A stretch of 64,000 bases of DNA, taken from Candidatus Latescibacterota bacterium (GTDB lineage Bacteria > Latescibacterota > UBA2968 > UBA8231). Each line of letters starts with the position of its first letter. The first letter of the stretch is position 1. Positions 30,586 through 40,400 of this stretch are shown one piece after another. The stretch spans positions 192,001 through 256,000 of the forward strand of contig OZ220089.1 of NCBI GenBank assembly GCA_964291625.2, written 5' to 3'. The translations under genes were made by a program, and so were the position numbers. The notes under the pieces are model-generated. The model ran no database searches and had not been told where the DNA came from. It saw only the letters and a program-made list of their open reading frames with translations.

Positions 30586-31643
30586 AAATCATCCGCTTCC
30601 TCCTGCCGGGCCTGGGGGTGGTTCTCCTCGGTGGACTGGTCGGCGCCCTCGGCGTGGACGAGATCCTCCACAACCTGGCCGTCATGCGCTGGGCCTTCCT
30701 CTACGTGGTCCTCCTGGCCCTCGCGTGGCACCTGACCAACTCGCTGGCCTGGAGCTGCGCCTTTCCCGCCGACGGCTTTCGCCCGCGCCTGTCCCTCCTG
30801 TTCATGTGCAAGCTCGCCGGCGAGGCCGTCAACCAGCTGACACCCCTGGCCAACCTCGGGGGCGAGCCCCTCAAGGCCTTCCTGCTCCGCCGCCAGTCGC
30901 CGGTCTCGCGCGGACTGGCCTCGGTGGTCGTCAACAAGGCGGCCCAGGTCTTCACCGGGCTGCTGTTCACGGCCGCCGGACTGGGACTGGTGACCTACTC
31001 CTGGGAGGTGCCGCTGGCGGTGCCCATGCCGGTGCGCGGCGGTCTCGCCCTGCTGCTCCTGGCTGCCGTCCTCCTGACCTGGGTGGCGTACCGCAGCCAC
31101 AGGCGCATGTTCTCGGCGCTCCTCGGCTGCGCCCGCCGCTGCGGCCTCGGCTTGGAGAGGATCCAACGCCTGCGGGCCCGGGCCGCGGACATCGACTGCC
31201 ACATCTCCCGCTTCTTCCGGCAGCACAAGGGCCGCTTCGGCCTGGTGCTGCTGTTCCACGCCTGCGGCTGGCTCCTGGGCGCCTGCGAGACCTTCGTGAT
31301 CCTGCGGGCCCTCGGCGCCGGCATCGACTTCGAGATCGCCTTCCTCATCGCCTCGCTGACGGTGGTGATCAACGGCCTGTTCTTCTTCATGCCCTCCAAC
31401 ATCGGCGTCCTCGAAGGGGGTCAGGTCTTCCTCTTCCTCACCCTCGGACTCGACCCGGCCGCGGGCCTGTCTCTCGGCATCGTCAAGCGCATGCGCAAGC
31501 TCATGTGGATCTCCGTGGGCTGGTTGTTCCTCACCCACCTGAGCCGGTCCATGGGGCGCGCCTCTGTCCCCGGGGCCGCGGTGGCCGCCGCCGCGGCCGC
31601 TCCCGGCCCCGAGCGGACCCTGCGCCAGGGCGCGATCTCTTGA
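30582..31643 (+). CDS. Flippase-like membrane protein (LPG_synthase_TM/UPF0104, HpnL-like)
   Basis: AGEAVNQLTPLANLGGEPLK, FFMPSNIGVLEGG, LGIVKRMR; many TM segments; GTG overlaps upstream TGA. Confidence 0.82.
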   Translation: MKIIRFLLPGLGVVLLGGLVGALGVDEILHNLAVMRWAFLYVVLLALAWHLTNSLAWSCAFPADGFRPRLSLLFMCKLAGEAVNQLTPLANLGGEPLKAFLLRRQSPVSRGLASVVVNKAAQVFTGLLFTAAGLGLVTYSWEVPLAVPMPVRGGLALLLLAAVLLTWVAYRSHRRMFSALLGCARRCGLGLERIQRLRARAADIDCHISRFFRQHKGRFGLVLLFHACGWLLGACETFVILRALGAGIDFEIAFLIASLTVVINGLFFFMPSNIGVLEGGQVFLFLTLGLDPAAGLSLGIVKRMRKLMWISVGWLFLTHLSRSMGRASVPGAAVAAAAAAPGPERTLRQGAIS

Positions 31644-31645
31644 GC

Positions 31646-33007
31646 ATGTCCGCGCTCCTGTGCCTGGCCGCCCTGGGCGCCCTCCTCCACGCACGGCCGG
31701 ACGCCGCCGGGGCCGCTGCCCCGGAAGGGCCCCCCGTGTACCACCTCGACCGGCTCGTGGCCATGGCCCGCGAGGGCAGCCCGGAGGTGGCGGCGGCGCG
31801 CTGGAACCTGGGGGACGCCCGCGCGCAGCTGCGCCAGGCCCGCGCCGCCCGCTTTCTGCCGCGGCTCCGCCTCGAGGGCTTCGGCGGCCTCGTCCCGGAC
31901 GCGCGGGGCGATGTCTTCCATCCGCCGCGGGACACCTCCGGCGTGCGCCCCCTGGGTCCCTTTGTGCGCACCGAGCTCGAGTTCACCCAGCCCCTCTACA
32001 CCTTCGGCCACCTCTCCGGCCTGCGGACCGCCGCCGAGCACGGCCTCGCGGTCGAGAGGGCCGCCCTCGAGGAGACACGCCGGGAGGTCGCCCTGGAGGT
32101 CAGGGAGCTGTACTACGGGATGCTCCTGGCCGGCGACCTGTCGGCCCTCGCCCGGCGCCTGCGCCAGGAGCTGGAGGACCGGGAGTCGGAGGTGAACGCC
32201 GACGACCCCGACATCCCCCTGGGCGTGCCCTACCGCCTGCAGCTGGCCCTGCTGGAGCTCCGCGACCGCGAGGCCGAGCTCCAGGACCAGTTGCGCCTGG
32301 CGCGTTCGGCCCTGGCGTGGAGGGCGGGCCTGCCGGAGGACGAGCCCTTCGAGCTGGCCGAGACCCGGCTCGAGCCCGTGGAGGCCGAGGTTCCTCCTCT
32401 CGACGAGCTGCTGGAGCGGGCCCTGAGACACCGGCCGGACTGGCGCCGTCTGCGCGCCGGAGTGGCCGCCCGCCGGGCCCAGGAGCAGGCCGCGCGCAGC
32501 GCCGGGTACCCCCAGATCTTTCTCGCCGGGGGCCTGCGCTACGCCGCGGCCCCGGGGCGGACGGATCAGCGGAACCCTTTCGTCAAGGACGAGTTCAACC
32601 TCTTCAGCGGGGCCGTCGTGCTGGGCCTGCGCCAGTCCTTCGAGATCGGCCTCATCGGCGCCGAGGTGGACCGGGCGCGGGCCCGGCGCATGCAGCTGGA
32701 GGCCCGGGAGCGCAGCGGCGCCCAGGGCATCCGCCTCGAGATCGACCAGGCCCTGAAGGAGTACGAGGGGGCCCGGAGGGAGCTGGACTCGGCCCGGCGG
32801 GGCCGTGACCTGACGCGGGAGTGGCTGCGGATCGCGCGCGACGAATACGACCTGGACCCGGCCCGGATCAAGGATCTGGTGAGCGCCTTCGAGAGCTTCG
32901 CCGACTCCGAGCAGGCCTACCATGAAGCCGTGTACGAGCACAACGTGAGGCTCGCCGGACTCGAGCACGTCGTCGGCGCCCCCCTCGGCCCGGGGAGCCC
33001 GGAATGA
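31646..33007 (+). CDS. TolC-family outer membrane channel protein
   Basis: Signal peptide; two OEP repeats (SPEV..FLPRL..QPLYTFG..LYYG and HRPDW..YPQIFL). Confidence 0.85.
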   Translation: MSALLCLAALGALLHARPDAAGAAAPEGPPVYHLDRLVAMAREGSPEVAAARWNLGDARAQLRQARAARFLPRLRLEGFGGLVPDARGDVFHPPRDTSGVRPLGPFVRTELEFTQPLYTFGHLSGLRTAAEHGLAVERAALEETRREVALEVRELYYGMLLAGDLSALARRLRQELEDRESEVNADDPDIPLGVPYRLQLALLELRDREAELQDQLRLARSALAWRAGLPEDEPFELAETRLEPVEAEVPPLDELLERALRHRPDWRRLRAGVAARRAQEQAARSAGYPQIFLAGGLRYAAAPGRTDQRNPFVKDEFNLFSGAVVLGLRQSFEIGLIGAEVDRARARRMQLEARERSGAQGIRLEIDQALKEYEGARRELDSARRGRDLTREWLRIARDEYDLDPARIKDLVSAFESFADSEQAYHEAVYEHNVRLAGLEHVVGAPLGPGSPE

Positions 33008-34278
33008 GACTTCGGGGCATCGCCTCGGGACTGGTCTGGCTGGCCTGCACCGGCCCCGCCGGCGCCGGGGGCGAGGCCTGGCTGGCGGCCGAGGTGGACC
33101 GGTTGAACCTGGAGGGCCGGAGGGCTCCCGAGGCGGCGGCGGCGGCCTTCGTCGACCGCGCCGTGGACCTTCCCGGCTTCGCCGAGCTCTGCTTCGGAGA
33201 CTACCTGGAGGACAGCCTCGCCGAGCTCGAGGGTCACATGACCCGCTCCGACTTCCGGGCCTACGTCGAAGCCCACCGCGGGCGGCTGCTGGAGTCGCTG
33301 CGGCAGCGGCTCGTCGACGACCTGGGAACCCGCCTCGCCAGCGGGTTGCCGACCCTGGAGGCGGCGTCCTCCGACTTCGACGGCAAAGCCGGCCGCGCCG
33401 AGATCACCGTCCCCGGAGGGGGGGGGCCGATCCGCTGCCACCTGCGGCGCACGGAGGAGGGCTGGCGCCTGCGGGACCTGCGCCTCCAGGACCGCCGCCT
33501 CAGCCGCATGTACCGGCGGCGGTTCGAGGATGTCCTCGACCGCCGCGACTCCCCCGCCGTCCTCGAGGCCCGGCTCGCCGGCCGCGAGTACATCGTCCTC
33601 GAGGACTTCTCCTTCTCCGAGCCGGGCGACCTGCCCATGGGTTGGGGCTGGCGGGACCGGGACGACGACGCCGAGAAGCCCTACCGGGTGCGCCGGCACG
33701 GCCGGGACGCCTTCGTCGAGGCCCGGGTGTCGGACTCGTCGATCCTCCTCCTGAGCCAGGCCCAGTGGAACCCGCGCCGTTTTCCGATCCTGACCTGGTG
33801 CTGGCGGGCGGACCAGTTGCCCGAAGGCGGGGACGAGCGCTTCGGGGCCACCAACGACAGCGCCGCGGGTGTGTACGTGTTCTACTCGCTGACCTGGCTG
33901 GGCGCGCCCCGGCACGTCAAGTACGTGTGGAGCACCACCCTGCCCCTCGACACCGTGGGGCGCCGGAACCGCATCTTCCGTCCCTGGTACATCGTCGCCG
34001 AGAGCGGCGCCGGGAACCTGGGGCGATGGACCTTCGAGGTGGCCGACCTCGAGCGCGACCACGGCCGCACCTACGGGGGCGACCCGAAGGACCGGACCGT
34101 GGGTCTCGGCCTGCTGACCGACGCCAACAACACCGGGACCCGGGCCGAGGCCTGCTACGGGGAGCTGCGCGCCTGGACCCGCGAGGCCTGGGAGCAGGGC
34201 CGCGTCGTCGATCACTGCGGCGGCCTCCGGGTTCCCCCCGTCCTCACCGGCTCCACCTCGCGGGAGGTCACGCCATGA
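33004..34278 (+). CDS. Periplasmic fusion of an MlaC-like N-terminal domain and DUF3047
   Basis: Signal peptide; N-domain VDLPGFAELCFG..GWRLRDL..LSRMYRRRF; C-domain LTWCWR, DERFGATNDSAAGVYV, KYVWSTTLP, LLTDANNT. Confidence 0.7.
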   Translation: MRLRGIASGLVWLACTGPAGAGGEAWLAAEVDRLNLEGRRAPEAAAAAFVDRAVDLPGFAELCFGDYLEDSLAELEGHMTRSDFRAYVEAHRGRLLESLRQRLVDDLGTRLASGLPTLEAASSDFDGKAGRAEITVPGGGGPIRCHLRRTEEGWRLRDLRLQDRRLSRMYRRRFEDVLDRRDSPAVLEARLAGREYIVLEDFSFSEPGDLPMGWGWRDRDDDAEKPYRVRRHGRDAFVEARVSDSSILLLSQAQWNPRRFPILTWCWRADQLPEGGDERFGATNDSAAGVYVFYSLTWLGAPRHVKYVWSTTLPLDTVGRRNRIFRPWYIVAESGAGNLGRWTFEVADLERDHGRTYGGDPKDRTVGLGLLTDANNTGTRAEACYGELRAWTREAWEQGRVVDHCGGLRVPPVLTGSTSREVTP

Positions 34279-34889
34279 AGACCGTCATCTGCCTGCTCAT
34301 GGCGCAGGCGCCCCTCGCCCTGCTCGCCGAGACGCCCCCCGACAGCACGGCCACCGCCTTCCTCCGGAGCCACGACGCCCGGGTGCGGGAGATCGTCCTC
34401 GCCGGCCCGGACACCTTGTCCGGCGAGGACCGGACCCGCGTGCAGGACCTGATCGGCGACGCCTTCGACTTCCGCGAGCTGGCGCGGCTCTCCCTCGGCG
34501 ACCACTGGCAGGAGCGCACCCAGGAGGAGCGCGGCGAGTTCGTGGACCTCTTCCGCCGCATCATCGAGAGGCAGAACTTCGACCTCTTCGTGCGCTATCA
34601 CCGGGAGGGGCGGATCACCTACACCTCCGAGGAGCTCGACGAGGAGGGGCGGGCGGTGGTGCGCGGCGAGGTGCCGCTGAAGCAGGAGACCAAACGGATC
34701 GCGTACTACCTGCACCGGACACCGGCGGAGGCCGGGGGCGCCTGGCGCATCTACGACCTCGCCGTGGACGGGGCCGGCACGGCGGAGGCCAACCGCCGCA
34801 CCTATACCCGCTACATCGGCCGCCACTCGTACCCGGCCCTCCTCGAGGCCCTGCGCCGCAAACTGGACCGGCTCGAGGGGCGGGGCTGA
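34275..34889 (+). CDS. MlaC/Ttg2D/HpnM-family lipid-binding periplasmic protein
   Basis: FDFRELARLSLGDHW..EERGEFVDLF, WRIYDLAVDG; signal peptide. Confidence 0.85.
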   Translation: MKTVICLLMAQAPLALLAETPPDSTATAFLRSHDARVREIVLAGPDTLSGEDRTRVQDLIGDAFDFRELARLSLGDHWQERTQEERGEFVDLFRRIIERQNFDLFVRYHREGRITYTSEELDEEGRAVVRGEVPLKQETKRIAYYLHRTPAEAGGAWRIYDLAVDGAGTAEANRRTYTRYIGRHSYPALLEALRRKLDRLEGRG

Positions 34890-34914
34890 AGCCGGGGGAA
34901 CCAACGGCCGCCGC

Positions 34915-37341
34915 ATGCGGATCCGCTACGAGCGCATCGTCCACTACGTCTTCCACCACCATCTGGGGATCATCCTCTTCTCCCTGGTGATCTCCCTCCT
35001 GGCCGGATCGCTGGCGGCGCGCCTGAAGATCAAGGCCGACTCGGCCGACCTGCTGCCGGACGACTACGTGAGCGTCCGCGAGTTGAACCGCATCAAGGCG
35101 CGCGTCGGCGGCGCCGCGCCGCTGATGGTGATCGTCACCGGCGACGATCTGGCGGCCTGCGTGGAGTTCATGCACGTCCTGGCCGACTCCCTCGAGGGCA
35201 GTCCGATGCTGAGCTCCATCGTGCGCGGGCGCACGGCCCAGACCGAGTTCCTGAGCCGCAACCGGCTGCTCTACATGGACCTGGCCGACCTGCGGGAGCT
35301 GCAGACCCGCGTGCAGGAGAAGGTCGAGCTGGAGAAGCTGCGGCGGTCCCCCCTGTACATCGGCCTGGAGGACGAGGAGGAGGATCCCCTCGAGCTCGAC
35401 GACCTGGAGGCCCGCTACCCCGGCGGCAGCGGGGGCTTCCACCGCGACTACTACCTGACCAAGGAGGGCAACGGCGTCATCCTGCGGGTCTACCCCGCGG
35501 GGGTGATCACCGACATGACCTTCAGCCGGCGCCTGCTGTCGGGCATCCGCTCGACGATCGACGCCATCGATCCCCGGCGCTTCCACGCCAGCATCGAGGT
35601 CTCCTTCTCGGGCAGCTTCAACAACGCCTTCACCCAGTACGACGTGATCGTGCGGGACCTGCGGTCGACGGCGCTGTACGCCTTCCTCGGCGTCCTCCTG
35701 CTCATCTCCCTCTACTTCCGCCAGGTCCTGTCGCCGCTCTTCGTCGTCGTCCCCCTGCTCATGAGCCTGTCGTGGACCTTCGCCCTCACCTGGCTCGTCA
35801 TCGGCAACCTCAACCAGATCACCGTCTGTCTCTTCGCCATCCTCTTCGGTCTCGGCATCGACTTCGGCATCCACATCTTCGCCCGCTACCGCGAGGCCCG
35901 CCGGAGAGGGCTGGAGACGGAGGCCGCCCTCGTGGAGACGGTCTGCCAGACGGGCAGCGCCCTGACCACCACGGCGGTGACCACGGCGGTGGCCTTCTTC
36001 TCGCTGCTGTTCTCCGACTTCAAGGGGTTCAGCGAGTTCGGCTTCATCGTCGGCGTGGGGATCCTGTTCTCGCTGGTGGCCATGGTCGTCATCTGCCCTG
36101 CCTTCATCGTCCTGGCCGAGAGACTGCGGCTGATCCGCCTGGGCCAGCAGGAGGTACCCGGCCACCTGCTGCGACGCGGCCGTTACCCCGTGCCCCACCT
36201 CACCCTGATCCTGGCCGTGGCGGCCACGGGCTACTCGGTGCTGCACCTGGCCGACCTGCGCTTCGAGTACGACTTCAAGAAGCTCCGGCCGGACACCTCC
36301 AGCGGGGGCCCGAAGGCGAGCCTGCCCGACGAACTGAAGGAGACCCGCGCGCCGGCGATCGTCCTCACCGAGAACGAGGAACAGGCGATGGCCGTGGTGG
36401 CCGAGGTCGAGCGCCGGCGCGCCGCCCACGGCGACAGCTCCACCATCCGCTCGGTGCGCAGCGTCTACTCCCTGCTGCCGGCCGACCAGGAGGAGAAGCT
36501 GGCCATCCTCGGCGGCCTGCGGCAGACCCTGGAGGAGAACGAGGACCTACTCGACGGCGGCACCCGGGCCCGCGTCGACTCCCTGCGGCGCTACCTGGAG
36601 GTCTCCCGGCTGCGGCTGGAGGACCTGCCGGGGGAGATGACCAAGAGCTTCTCCGGCAAGGACGGCGAGATCCTCAGCTTCGTGCAGATCAACGCCGCCG
36701 TGCCCCTGCGCGACGGGCGCAACGCCATCGCCTTCGCCCGGCAGATCAAGGAGATCGAGACCCCCGGCGGCGGCACCTTCTTCGCCTCGAGCGCCCACAT
36801 CATCTTCGCCGAGATGCTGGAGCTGATGCTCGACGACGCCGTCAAGGCGGTGGCCGTCTCCCTCATCGCCGTCACCCTCGTGCTGCTGATCGACCTGGGC
36901 AGTCTCGGGCGGACCCTGCTCGTCCTCACCCCCCTGCTCACGGCGCTGGCCTGGGTCACGGGGCTGATGTACATCTTCGATTTCAAGGTCAACATCTACA
37001 ACATGGTCGCCTTCCCCACGATCATCGGCATGGGGATCGACAACGCCGTGCACATGTTCCACCGGTACCGAGAGGCCGGCCCGGGATCGATGCGCCTCGT
37101 GCTGCGCACCACGGGCACCGTGCTGATGGCCACGACGCTGACGACCATGGTCGGCTTCGCCGGCCTCGTGCCCGCCCATCACCCGGCCCTCTACTGGGTC
37201 GGCACGGTCACGCTTCTGGGGCTGGGCTCCTGCTTCGTCTCGGCCGTCACCCTGTTGCCGGCGCTGCTGCAGATGCTCGAGGGACAACGAGAAACGGCCC
37301 GCCCCGGGAAGGCGGGGCTGCCTTCGGGGACGGGCCGCTGA
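34915..37341 (+). CDS. MMPL/RND-family lipid transporter (HpnN-like)
   Basis: Two repeats with ILFGLGIDFGIHIFARY and IIGMGIDNAVHMFHRY; TTAVAFFSL..FKGFSEFG; two large periplasmic loops. Confidence 0.9.
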   Translation: MRIRYERIVHYVFHHHLGIILFSLVISLLAGSLAARLKIKADSADLLPDDYVSVRELNRIKARVGGAAPLMVIVTGDDLAACVEFMHVLADSLEGSPMLSSIVRGRTAQTEFLSRNRLLYMDLADLRELQTRVQEKVELEKLRRSPLYIGLEDEEEDPLELDDLEARYPGGSGGFHRDYYLTKEGNGVILRVYPAGVITDMTFSRRLLSGIRSTIDAIDPRRFHASIEVSFSGSFNNAFTQYDVIVRDLRSTALYAFLGVLLLISLYFRQVLSPLFVVVPLLMSLSWTFALTWLVIGNLNQITVCLFAILFGLGIDFGIHIFARYREARRRGLETEAALVETVCQTGSALTTTAVTTAVAFFSLLFSDFKGFSEFGFIVGVGILFSLVAMVVICPAFIVLAERLRLIRLGQQEVPGHLLRRGRYPVPHLTLILAVAATGYSVLHLADLRFEYDFKKLRPDTSSGGPKASLPDELKETRAPAIVLTENEEQAMAVVAEVERRRAAHGDSSTIRSVRSVYSLLPADQEEKLAILGGLRQTLEENEDLLDGGTRARVDSLRRYLEVSRLRLEDLPGEMTKSFSGKDGEILSFVQINAAVPLRDGRNAIAFARQIKEIETPGGGTFFASSAHIIFAEMLELMLDDAVKAVAVSLIAVTLVLLIDLGSLGRTLLVLTPLLTALAWVTGLMYIFDFKVNIYNMVAFPTIIGMGIDNAVHMFHRYREAGPGSMRLVLRTTGTVLMATTLTTMVGFAGLVPAHHPALYWVGTVTLLGLGSCFVSAVTLLPALLQMLEGQRETARPGKAGLPSGTGR

Positions 37342-37346
37342 TTCGG

Positions 37347-37422
37347 TGGAGCGGGAGACGAGACTCGAACTCGCGACAACCACGTTGGCAACGTGGGGCT
37401 CTACCAACTGAGCTACTCCCGC
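37347..37422 (-). tRNA. tRNA-Gly (GCC)
   Basis: GCGGGAGTAGCTCAGTTGGTAGAGC..CCACG-TTGCCAA-CGTGG..GTTCGAGTC..CCCGCTCCA; 76 nt with encoded CCA. Confidence 0.98.
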
Positions 37423-37435
37423 GATCAGGAGGAGG

Positions 37436-37465
37436 AATATAGAGAGTGGGAAAAAAGAGCGTCAA
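37436..37465 (-). promoter_or_regulatory. Putative sigma70 promoter for tRNA-Gly, overlapping the start of the divergent CDS
   Basis: Minus strand TTGACG-18 nt-TATATT ending 13 nt before the tRNA 5' end. Confidence 0.6.
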
Positions 37466-40400
37466 GGCCCTGGGCGCCGCCTGCATCGCCCTGGCGGCAG
37501 GGCTCGGTTGCGGCGGCGAAGGCGGCAGCGCCCTGCCGCCGCAGGCGCGCTGGCACAACAACCAGGGCGTCGTCTACATGGACCAGCACAACTACGTCCG
37601 GGGCCGCGAGCACTTCGAGGAAGCCGCCAGGCTCGCCCCGGGCTACGCCACGGCCCGCGCCAACCTCGGCATCGCCCTCTACAGCCTGGGGAAGTACGAC
37701 AGCGCCCGCGTGGCCCTGGGCCGGGCCCTGGAGCGCGACGGCGGTCACCTGCACGCCCTCTACACCCTGGGCCTGATCGACCACGCCCAGGGACGCGACT
37801 ACGCCGCCGCCCTCGACCGCTTCCGCCGGGTCGCCGCCCGCGACGGCGAGGATCCTCTCGTGTGGTACTTCCTCGGCCGGACCCACGCCAAGGTCGGCCA
37901 GGCGGACTCCGCGGTGGCCGCCTACGAGCGCGCCATCGCCCTGGACCCCACCCACCTGTCGGCCCACTACGCCCTCGCCCAGGAGCTGCGCCAGCAGGGG
38001 GACCTGGAGGCCTGGCGGCGCACCCTGACCCGGTTCGACCAGCTGAGCCGGGCCGGCGTCGAGGGCGTCTCCTCCGCCTACCAGGGGCAGGGCAAGTATG
38101 CCGAAGCCCTCGCCGAGGGCCGCTTCGGAGTCGGCGGCGCCGGAAGCGCCGGCGGCCTGAGCTTCCGGGCGGCGTCGGACCTGGCCGCCGGTGAGGGTCC
38201 CCTGCTCTTCCTCACCCCCGTCGACGCCGACGGCGACGGCGGCGCCGACGTGGTGGCCGGCACCGGCCGTGGACCGCTGCTGCTGGCCAACGGCGACGAC
38301 GGACTCATGGCGGGCGCGGCCTGGGACTTCGAAGGGGTTCCGGCGGCCCGGGGCCTGGCCTTCGCCGACGTGGATGACGACGGCGACGCCGACGCCGCCT
38401 GGTCCGGCGACGGTCTGCGCCTCCTCCTGCAGGACGAGGGCGGGCGCTTCCGGCTCTCGGACGAGTCCCTGGCGCCGGCCCCGGCGACGGTCCTCTTCGG
38501 GGACGTCGATCACGACGGCGACGCCGACCTGGTCGCCGCCGGTCCCGACCTGGTCCTGTGGGCCAACGACGGCACGGGATCCTTCGCCGACGCCACCGCC
38601 GCCGCCGACCTGGCCGTCCCCGGCGTCGAGACGGCGGTGCTGTCCGACTTCGACGACGACCGCGACGTCGACATCCTGGCGGGGGGGCGGTCCCTCGGCC
38701 TCTACGGCAACAACCGCGACGGCACCTTCACCGACGTGGCCGGCCGCCGCGGCCTGCAGGCGGGCGGGGTCACCGGCCTCGCCGTGGCCGACCTCGTCCC
38801 GGACGGGCGCATGGACGTGCTGGTGGTCACCGCCGGCGGCGCCCGCCTGCACGCCAACCGCGGGACCGCCTTCGAGGCGGTCCCGGTGCCGGCTCCGGAC
38901 GGCGCCCGGCAGGCCCTGCCCGCCGACTTCGACAACGACGGCGACCTCGACCTGCTGTGGGTCGGTCCGCAGGGCGCCCGGCCCGCCGTCGGCAACGGCC
39001 CCGACTTCCAGCCCACGGGCGCGGATCTCGGCCCCGGGCCGTGGGCCATCCTCGACGCCGACAGCGACGGCCGGCTCGACGTGCTCGCCGGCCGCAAGAG
39101 GTGGCTCAACGACAGCGACGCCGGAAACTGGCTCGCCGTCGACCTGTCGGGCCGCAACAGCAACCCCGACGGCTTCGGCGCCAAGGTGGTGGTCTCCACC
39201 GCCCTGGGACAGCAGAAGCGCGAGCTGCGCGGCGGCGCCGGGGACCCGCCGGTGCTGCACTTCGGCCTGGCCGGGGCCGACTCGGTGGAGTTCGTCAGCG
39301 TCCTCTGGCCCAGCGGCGTGCGTCAGACCGAGCTGGCCACCTCCGCCGGACGGCGCCTGGCACTGATGGAGCTCGACCGCAAGGGCACCTCCTGCCCCGT
39401 CCTCTACGCCTGGGACGGCAGCGGCTTCGGCTTCGTCTCCGACTTCCTCGGAGGCGCCATCATCGGCTACCTGACCGCCCCCGGGCAGTACTACACGCCG
39501 GACACGGACGAGTACCTCCCCCTGCGCCGCCTGCAGGCCAGGGACGGGAGCTACGTGCTGCAGGTGGCCAACCAGCTCGAGGAGATCGTCTACCTCGACG
39601 CCGCCGAGCTGGTCGCCGTCGATCATCCCGCCGGCCTGCGTCTGGAGCCGAACGAGCGCCTGTTGTCCGCACCCCCCTATCCCCCCTTCCGGACCTATGC
39701 CCTGTCGCGGACCCGCCCGCTGGCGAGCGCGCGCGACGGCGAGGGCCGCGACGCGAGGGCGGAGCTGGCCCGCGTCGACGACATCTGGTACGAGGGTTTC
39801 GCGCGCAGCGACATCCACGGCTACGCCGGCGAGTCCACCCTGATCCTGGACCTGGGCGACCTGAGTGACTGGCCGCACCCGGTCCTGCTGGCCCACGGCT
39901 GGGTCGACTATGCCCATTCCAGCAGCAACTGGGCCGCCGCTCAACGCGGCCTCGGCCTGTCGCCGCCGCGGCTGGAGGTCGACCACGGCGACGGCTGGCG
40001 CCAGGTGACCGCCGACATGGGCACGCCCGCGGGCCTGCCGAAGGGGATGCTCGTCGATCTGGACGGCCTCTTCCCGGCCGGCACGGAGAGGGCGCGCCTG
40101 CGCATCACCACCCGGGCCTGCGTCTACTGGGACCAGTTCCTCCTCGGGCTGGCGGAGCCGGAGGCGCCGCGCCGCGTCCACCGGCGGCGCTTCGAGGCGG
40201 ACCTGCACTGGCGCGGATACCCGGCCCACGAGTCGGTCCGCGGCACCTTCGCCTTCCGCTACCACTACGACCGGCTGCGCACCGAGGCCCCCTGGGGCAC
40301 CCACGCCGGCGCCTTCACCCGCCACGGCGACGTGACCGAGCTGGTCGCCGCCGTGGACGACCGCTTCGCCATCCTGCGCCACGGCGACGAGCTGACCCTC

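Noticed and set aside
27488-37422. Lipid cluster as a genomic island integrated at the tRNA-Gly 3' end
   Set aside because: No duplicated tRNA end (att site) or adjacent integrase seen; composition looks like the flanks
38200-39100. Recurrent gacgNcgacggcgac sequences as a CRISPR or tandem DNA repeat (also 50880-51310)
   Set aside because: They are in-frame codons for DxDxDG FG-GAP motifs, with no constant repeat-spacer structure
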